Shown piece by piece: positions 58,709 through 63,930 of a DNA stretch of 63,930 nt. This DNA comes from a virus (taxonomy: Duplodnaviria; Caudoviricetes), in the IMG/VR virus record IMGVR_UViG_3300037714_000576, positions 1 through 63,930 of that record; one strand, given 5' to 3'. Each line of letters begins with the position of its first letter. Within the stretch, counting starts at the first letter, position 1. The notes beneath the pieces are model-generated. The model saw only the letters and a list, made by a program, of their open reading frames with translations, had not been told where the DNA came from and ran no database searches. The position numbers and the translations under genes were made by a program.

Positions 58709-58990
58709 TCAGCTCCTGCGCCTGCGCCGCTCACGGCGTTTTGTAGCTCGAACACCACGAACCTTCGCGCGAGCTCGACGGCGACCCCTCACGCCACGCA
58801 GACCCCCGCCACAGCCGCCGTTCGCGCACACCGCGAGACGCTTTACTTGTCCGCCACAGATACTCAGCACGGCGGTTGCAGCAGTTTGCTTCTTGGCAAA
58901 TTCCACAGCTTTGACAAAGCTGTCGTAGCCCTTGACTTTCTTTTCACCCTTGGCGTGCGTGAGATAGCCGCAATTACGTGAAGTGGCCAT
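58709..58990 (-). CDS. Basic protein with Arg-rich tail
   Basis: GGLRGVRGRRR...RRRRRS. Confidence 0.7.
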   Translation of the reverse strand: MATSRNCGYLTHAKGEKKVKGYDSFVKAVEFAKKQTAATAVLSICGGQVKRLAVCANGGCGGGLRGVRGRRRARAKVRGVRATKRRERRRRRS

Positions 58991-58994
58991 AGTT

Positions 58995-59312
58995 CTACTC
59001 GGCAGCCCAGTATTCGATTAGCACTGCGATCGAGGTCGCGCCTTGCTTGGCCGCACCCCAAATCTGCTGATTCGACCGCAATCGCATTTCCATGTCCGCA
59101 CCGGGCCGTGCGACAGGACATTTGTACGTCCGATTCACGCCAAAGACCGTATCACTGTCCTCAGTCAGTGAAATGAAGATGTCGGTCCCGAATGGGATCG
59201 ATAAGACAACACGCCGAATTGCATCCTCTTCAGCGATGTCCGAATCAACAATCTTACGCAACTCTTGCGAAAGTGCAGCACGTTCAAAGGTGGTGTCTTT
59301 GCGAAGTTTCAT
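58995..59312 (-). CDS. Small beta-rich structural protein
   Basis: GAGG SD; alternating beta pattern. Confidence 0.6.
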   Translation of the reverse strand: MKLRKDTTFERAALSQELRKIVDSDIAEEDAIRRVVLSIPFGTDIFISLTEDSDTVFGVNRTYKCPVARPGADMEMRLRSNQQIWGAAKQGATSIAVLIEYWAAE

Positions 59313-59320
59313 GAAAAACC

Positions 59321-60319
59321 TCACTGAACAGCGATGAAGCCGAGAAGACCGAGATTCACATTCACAGTCGATCCTGCGCTCGCAATGAGCGCCTGCATCG
59401 TCGCGGTGATGCCATCCCCGGGCTCCCAAACGAGCGGCTGGGGGAACAGGTGTACAAGTGAACGGCCTGATTTTGGACCTAGCAACACGGCCGGAACAGC
59501 ATCGTTAGGGATCAAATCGCCTACACCGGGCGTCGTCATGTTGACGGGTCCGCGGAACCAGTCCGCACCTGTCCCATTACCGACCTGACGCACCGAAATA
59601 TACGCACGCCGCGAATCACCCGTCGGATCGACATCATCGATTTCGGCCTGCACCTGCACGACCATATCAGTCAGCATGACGGGCTCGGAACCGTCATTAG
59701 CGAAGTTGGTCACGTCGAACTCAACCCAGCCAAGATCCGTCGGCTGAACCGTCCCGGAAAAAAAATACGGCTGGTGGGTGATCAGACCTGCACCCGTGAA
59801 AGAGACAGTAATCGGAACCGCAGCACCGGGAATGCTGTAGAGACGCGCGCGGACTTTGAGCGAGTCACGCGTGCTCAAAACACAGCCCTTGTCGAAACGC
59901 CACGAAGAAGTCCCTCGCGTAAGCGCTTCGGGACCGCCGCTTGGCACGTTGGACCAAGTTGGAATCGGCGACGCCTGAATTACTGATCCGGAACCACCTC
60001 CACCGAGTTGCTGCGGGGCATTCATGTAGTACTGATCGTGGAAATTCAGATACAGGCCAACGCGCTGGAGCAAACGCTCATCCAGATCGGCACTGTTCGC
60101 CTGATTGCGCATGGTTACTGCCGCAGTCAAGTGCGTAATGAAAACCGGGAAGTCCTCCCCATTGCGAAAGACACCTGGCGCGCCAGGCACTTCCTGCGTT
60201 CCGTTCAGCTGGAAGAAATTGAAGTACGCGCGTGGCTCGAACAAAACAGCACGCGTCGGATTCGTCTTCGAAAGCAGCTGCTGGTAGGCAGAATATTCAT
60301 CTGTGAACTGATCGGCCAT
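59321..60319 (-). CDS. Internally duplicated beta protein (tandem jelly-roll capsid protein candidate)
   Basis: FRNGEDFPVFITHL vs FANDGSEPVMLTDM; FDKGCVLSTRDSL vs FPQPLVWEPGDGI. Confidence 0.65.
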   Translation of the reverse strand: MADQFTDEYSAYQQLLSKTNPTRAVLFEPRAYFNFFQLNGTQEVPGAPGVFRNGEDFPVFITHLTAAVTMRNQANSADLDERLLQRVGLYLNFHDQYYMNAPQQLGGGGSGSVIQASPIPTWSNVPSGGPEALTRGTSSWRFDKGCVLSTRDSLKVRARLYSIPGAAVPITVSFTGAGLITHQPYFFSGTVQPTDLGWVEFDVTNFANDGSEPVMLTDMVVQVQAEIDDVDPTGDSRRAYISVRQVGNGTGADWFRGPVNMTTPGVGDLIPNDAVPAVLLGPKSGRSLVHLFPQPLVWEPGDGITATMQALIASAGSTVNVNLGLLGFIAVQ

Positions 60320-60324
60320 GTCTG

Positions 60325-61497
60325 CTAACCCTCAACTGCAGTCCACCCATTGAACGAAATGCCGATTTGATAGTTCGCAGCGGCGTTCACTGTGCTCGCG
60401 GCAGGAACCACCATCGTCACATCAAGCGTTTCACCCATCGACAGTGTAATTGGATCGGGAAGGTCATACACCAACGCATCCGTAATGGTGTCGAGGACCA
60501 AACACACAGGCGCACCCGGGCGCCACCACCAATCATTAGAGCCCGGAGCATGCATCGCACGCGCACGACAACCAACGCTCGACGCGGTCATTCCAAGCTT
60601 GTACTCACGACCCGGTGACACACCTTGCAGCGCGAGAAACTGCGCTTTGGAATCATCATCGTAGTCGATCTGATCGATGAAGATGCCCATGCCATAGACT
60701 TCGCTCGAGCCGCTGCGCGTCGACTCTTGTTGCTCGAAGTCGCGTGCGTTCATCTGTGATTGAGGCGGCCAAAGCGCTACAGGAAGCGCACCCGCCTCCA
60801 CCGGAAAACCGTAATTGGCTGGCAATCCGAAGGGGATCCCCGAATAGGGATCAGGAATCGGTACGATGTTGGCCGTCGTGACAACACTCAAGCCCTTCTG
60901 TCGAGCGCTCCCGGAAAACAGCCCGCCAACTTCATGGAAGAAGAAGCGACCCGGGCGGGGTGCTGCAGAATCAGCACCGCCAAAGAAAATGTTGTTGCCG
61001 AGCCCGAAGTAGTCTGTCGTGATGCGTGTCGTTCCACTCAACGACACTTCCAATGCACCCTTGCGGGGAAGCAAGATGTTCTTGTCGAACTTCAGGTAGT
61101 TCACGCCGAACAGCGACGAATCGCTCAACGTTGAGCCTGAAATCCAACCTGTCGCACGGGGCGAATAGCTTGCCAGTGGAATCTCAGTACGTGAATAGCC
61201 CTTGCGGTACGGTGCGGAAATCTTGATTCTCGCCAAGTTGAGCATTGCGGAGTTCGCGACGCTTACCGCATCCGTACCGGGTGCAGCAGTCGACACGTTC
61301 ATAATGTCGACGGGGTAATTGACACCGCTCAACGCAAAACGATTGATCGTGATTGGATGACGCGTTGGATTGCGAAAATGCTCGCGGCGAAAGTTGAAAC
61401 GCAACGATGCGACATCCGCGGCCGCATCAACGTACGCGATCGACCATAGGCTTGCCGGCTGGTACCAAAAACCGTTATTTGGAAGCGCGTTCGGCAT
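60325..61497 (-). CDS. Paralog of 59321..60319 (tandem jelly-roll candidate)
   Basis: FRNPTRHPITINRF, FDKNILL, LPDPITLSMGETL, terminal ISFNGWTAVEG. Confidence 0.65.
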   Translation of the reverse strand: MPNALPNNGFWYQPASLWSIAYVDAAADVASLRFNFRREHFRNPTRHPITINRFALSGVNYPVDIMNVSTAAPGTDAVSVANSAMLNLARIKISAPYRKGYSRTEIPLASYSPRATGWISGSTLSDSSLFGVNYLKFDKNILLPRKGALEVSLSGTTRITTDYFGLGNNIFFGGADSAAPRPGRFFFHEVGGLFSGSARQKGLSVVTTANIVPIPDPYSGIPFGLPANYGFPVEAGALPVALWPPQSQMNARDFEQQESTRSGSSEVYGMGIFIDQIDYDDDSKAQFLALQGVSPGREYKLGMTASSVGCRARAMHAPGSNDWWWRPGAPVCLVLDTITDALVYDLPDPITLSMGETLDVTMVVPAASTVNAAANYQIGISFNGWTAVEG

Positions 61498-61552
61498 TCA
61501 TTCTCTGCAAGCGGCACACAAGCGCCAAAGAGGTCCTTCAAAAACGCCGAAA

Positions 61553-61589
61553 CCCCCGAGCACCCTAGCAGACTAGGACACCTCGGGGG
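61553..61589 (-). terminator. Hairpin/terminator after the three capsid paralogs
   Basis: Minus strand CCCCCGAG..CCTAG-TCTG-CTAGG..CTCGGGGG then TTTCGGCGTTTTT. Confidence 0.55.
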
Positions 61590-61626
61590 CGCTTGATCCA
61601 CGCGTGGGCGCGCGCCCGCGACGTGC

Positions 61627-62364
61627 TTAGGCGACGGGCCGCTTCTTGAGACCGTCCAGGTAGCCCTTGAACTGCCAGCTCTGCGACAGACCGACGATCT
61701 GACCCACCGGCGAGCTCAGGCGCGTCTTCATCACGCGATCGGGATGGATGTAGACCGGCAGCTGCCACCGGCGCTGATTGAGCGGCGAAACGTAGCCCGC
61801 CGTGCCGTAGGTGAAGTTGATCACCTGCGCCGCAGTGTTGAGCTCGTCACCCGAGCCCCACGCGGGCGCGCCAATGCCCTGGCCGTAGTAGGAGAGCGGC
61901 GCGCGAGCCTGCGGCTTCTTGATGCCCGCGCCGACGTAGAGCTCGTACATGCAGTCGCGCTGCATGCGCCTGAGATTGTCTCCCGTGAACACCGGCGCGA
62001 GCGCACCGACGTCGTTCGGAAGATTCGGAATCGCCGTGTCGTCGGTGAGCGCGAAAATCTCGTAGGTCATCGAAAAGACGATCATCGCCTCATCGTGGTT
62101 GATGCGCGCGCGTGCGACCTGGTTCGTATCCGAATCGGTCGCCATACGACCGGGGCTCGGCACCACGCCCGCCTGCGGAACGGTCTGGCCCGCGACGTAG
62201 GTGAACATCAGAAGATCCACGGAAATGCCGTTGCCGAGTCCGAGTGGATCAACAGCACTATTGATCGCGCCTTGGCCCTCGATCGTCGAGAACAGCGGCC
62301 AGTGCAGCCACTCGCTCAAGGAAACTTCGCTCCCGTCCGGAAGCTTGATTTTTTCAATCGCCAT
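61627..62364 (-). CDS. Putative single jelly-roll major capsid protein 3
   Basis: KLPDG, W..PLFST, F.Y..G..VP, DTN, PLSY..G.G, LDGLKKRPVA. Confidence 0.7.
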   Translation of the reverse strand: MAIEKIKLPDGSEVSLSEWLHWPLFSTIEGQGAINSAVDPLGLGNGISVDLLMFTYVAGQTVPQAGVVPSPGRMATDSDTNQVARARINHDEAMIVFSMTYEIFALTDDTAIPNLPNDVGALAPVFTGDNLRRMQRDCMYELYVGAGIKKPQARAPLSYYGQGIGAPAWGSGDELNTAAQVINFTYGTAGYVSPLNQRRWQLPVYIHPDRVMKTRLSSPVGQIVGLSQSWQFKGYLDGLKKRPVA

Positions 62365-62404
62365 GGAAATGCCCTCTTCGGATGTCGACGAAAGAAACTG
62401 AGCG

Positions 62405-63097
62405 CTACGCGACCGGGCGGCGACGATAGCCGTCTAGGTAGATACGAAGGCGCATGCGCGCAGTTGTCGCGAGATTCAAGCCCACGACCTGCCCCGGGCC
62501 CGCCTTCACGTCCACCGCGAGCGATTCGCCGCCCGCGACATACAACGGAGAGGCCAGCACGCGCGAATCAGCCGGCGAGACGCCACCATTGTTGCCGACC
62601 ACCGTGCCACTCGCACCACCTGACTGACGCGACAGCGATCCGCTGTTCACGTAGCAAATGCCTGTACCGGCAGGCCAGTACGAAAGCGGCGAATTCGTGT
62701 AGTCCTTGACCGCAGCGATTCGGAACTTGATCAGAAGATCACGCTGCAGACGCAACATGTCCGGCAGCGGAACGCCCGGGTTGTCCGCGTCTGGAAAGAT
62801 GTCCTGATCCGCAGCGAGGCCGACCTTGAACACTTCAACAGCGATGTTGAAGCAGATCAGCTCTTCATTCTCTGGAAGGCGATTTCCCTCACCCTGCAGA
62901 TTCGTGTCGGTGATGAAAGCCTGACGCGGCCCAACACTTCCCGGCACCGTTCCACCCGCAGAATAGCTGAATGCGGTGAGGACCGGAAACGAACCCGCGC
63001 CGACCTCCACGGTGGAATAGAGTGGCTCCGCGTTCGTCCAATCTCCCGGTTCGTACACGCGCCCGTCCGGAAGCTTGATTTTGATGAGCTGCGCCAT
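62405..63097 (-). CDS. Putative single jelly-roll major capsid protein 2
   Basis: Same motif series, ends LDGYRRRPVA. Confidence 0.7.
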   Translation of the reverse strand: MAQLIKIKLPDGRVYEPGDWTNAEPLYSTVEVGAGSFPVLTAFSYSAGGTVPGSVGPRQAFITDTNLQGEGNRLPENEELICFNIAVEVFKVGLAADQDIFPDADNPGVPLPDMLRLQRDLLIKFRIAAVKDYTNSPLSYWPAGTGICYVNSGSLSRQSGGASGTVVGNNGGVSPADSRVLASPLYVAGGESLAVDVKAGPGQVVGLNLATTARMRLRIYLDGYRRRPVA

Positions 63098-63156
63098 TTG
63101 GAAACCCTCTTGAACTTTTCGCAGAAAGAAATGCGCGGAACACGCAAGACGCGCGC

Positions 63157-63930
63157 TTAGCTCACCGGACGCTTGTAGAGACCGTCCAGATTGATCTTGA
63201 TAGTGGCAGCGACGTCACCTTCGCTTTCGAAGGTGGGGTCCTCACCTTCACCACCTGGCACCACGATCAGTCCGAACACCACCACACCACTGTTGATCGG
63301 ACCTGGATTCAGCAGATTCACGCGGTACTTCTCCTGCGACCCGATATGTCCCGGAATCACGAAGCTGCGTACTGCGTTCTGCGAAGGCCAACCAAGATTG
63401 CCCGCCGATTGAAAGATCGGCGAATCGGTCATGTTGTTCGAGCGTCCAAAGATGCCGAATCCGGTGTTGAAATACGCGAGCGACGCGTAGGCGTAGCGCT
63501 TCTGCGAAATTTCGAGTTCCAAGAGCAACATATTGCCGAGAACCATCAGACCTTCCGCAGTAGGTTGCGGAAAACCATTCGGTGCACCATCCGCGGGTGT
63601 GTACCCCAACGTGGTGAAGTCGTTCACTTCCTCAGTAAGAAAGAACGAAATTTCCGGCTTGATCGCATAGACAAGCATTTCTTCGGTGCTTGCCATCGTT
63701 CCGGGAGCCTGAACGTTCGTGTCACGCTCGGTCGCGGTCCGCGCCGTCACCGCAGCAGTTCCAAATCCCGGTACGGAACCACCGACCGTATATTGGAACA
63801 GGCTCATTTCCTGCGCGGTGAAACCGCTCTGGAGATCGAGCGAGCTCCAAATCGGCAAATCGGACCAGTCCACAAGATCAATTACGTCCCCATCGGGAAG
63901 CTTGACCTGCGTGATGGTATTCAGCGACAT
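63157..63930 (-). CDS. Putative single jelly-roll major capsid protein 1
   Basis: Same motif series, ends LDGLYKRPVS. Confidence 0.7.
   Translation of the reverse strand: MSLNTITQVKLPDGDVIDLVDWSDLPIWSSLDLQSGFTAQEMSLFQYTVGGSVPGFGTAAVTARTATERDTNVQAPGTMASTEEMLVYAIKPEISFFLTEEVNDFTTLGYTPADGAPNGFPQPTAEGLMVLGNMLLLELEISQKRYAYASLAYFNTGFGIFGRSNNMTDSPIFQSAGNLGWPSQNAVRSFVIPGHIGSQEKYRVNLLNPGPINSGVVVFGLIVVPGGEGEDPTFESEGDVAATIKINLDGLYKRPVS

Larger units (their letters stand above)
1..63930. mobile_element. Temperate virus genome (partial or near complete), probably tailless with jelly-roll capsid
   Basis: Dense, mostly co-oriented small ORFs; phage-type replication genes, integrase/excisionase and structural operon; no host housekeeping genes. 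Confidence 0.9.

Overview
The whole window reads as viral DNA, with no host housekeeping genes, and is probably most of the genome of a temperate virus of at least 64 kb. The host is likely a Myxococcota-type bacterium (inference). Left arm (+): SNF2 helicase, PD-(D/E)XK nuclease, Sak4-like AAA ATPase, vWA protein, tRNA-Gln plus two anticodon-less tRNA-like elements, excisionase, tyrosine integrase with an attP-like site, SSB, a RecD2-like helicase split into two genes, ThyX, a UDG-fused family A DNA polymerase, Dam-like MTase and HNH nuclease. Middle: small membrane, basic and accessory genes. Between 35.2 and 42.2 kb an array of small genes is punctuated by 11 copies of a covarying hairpin + GCGTTTAA + SD element. 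Right arm (-): three paralogous beta-rich proteins of 230-257 aa, two internally duplicated beta proteins, a vertex-like protein, a collagen-like protein and a beta-helix spike. I saw no terminase, portal, HK97 capsid or tail genes. The best interpretation is a large tailless jelly-roll (Varidnaviria-like) temperate virus. All assignments come from motif reading by eye; no searches were run.
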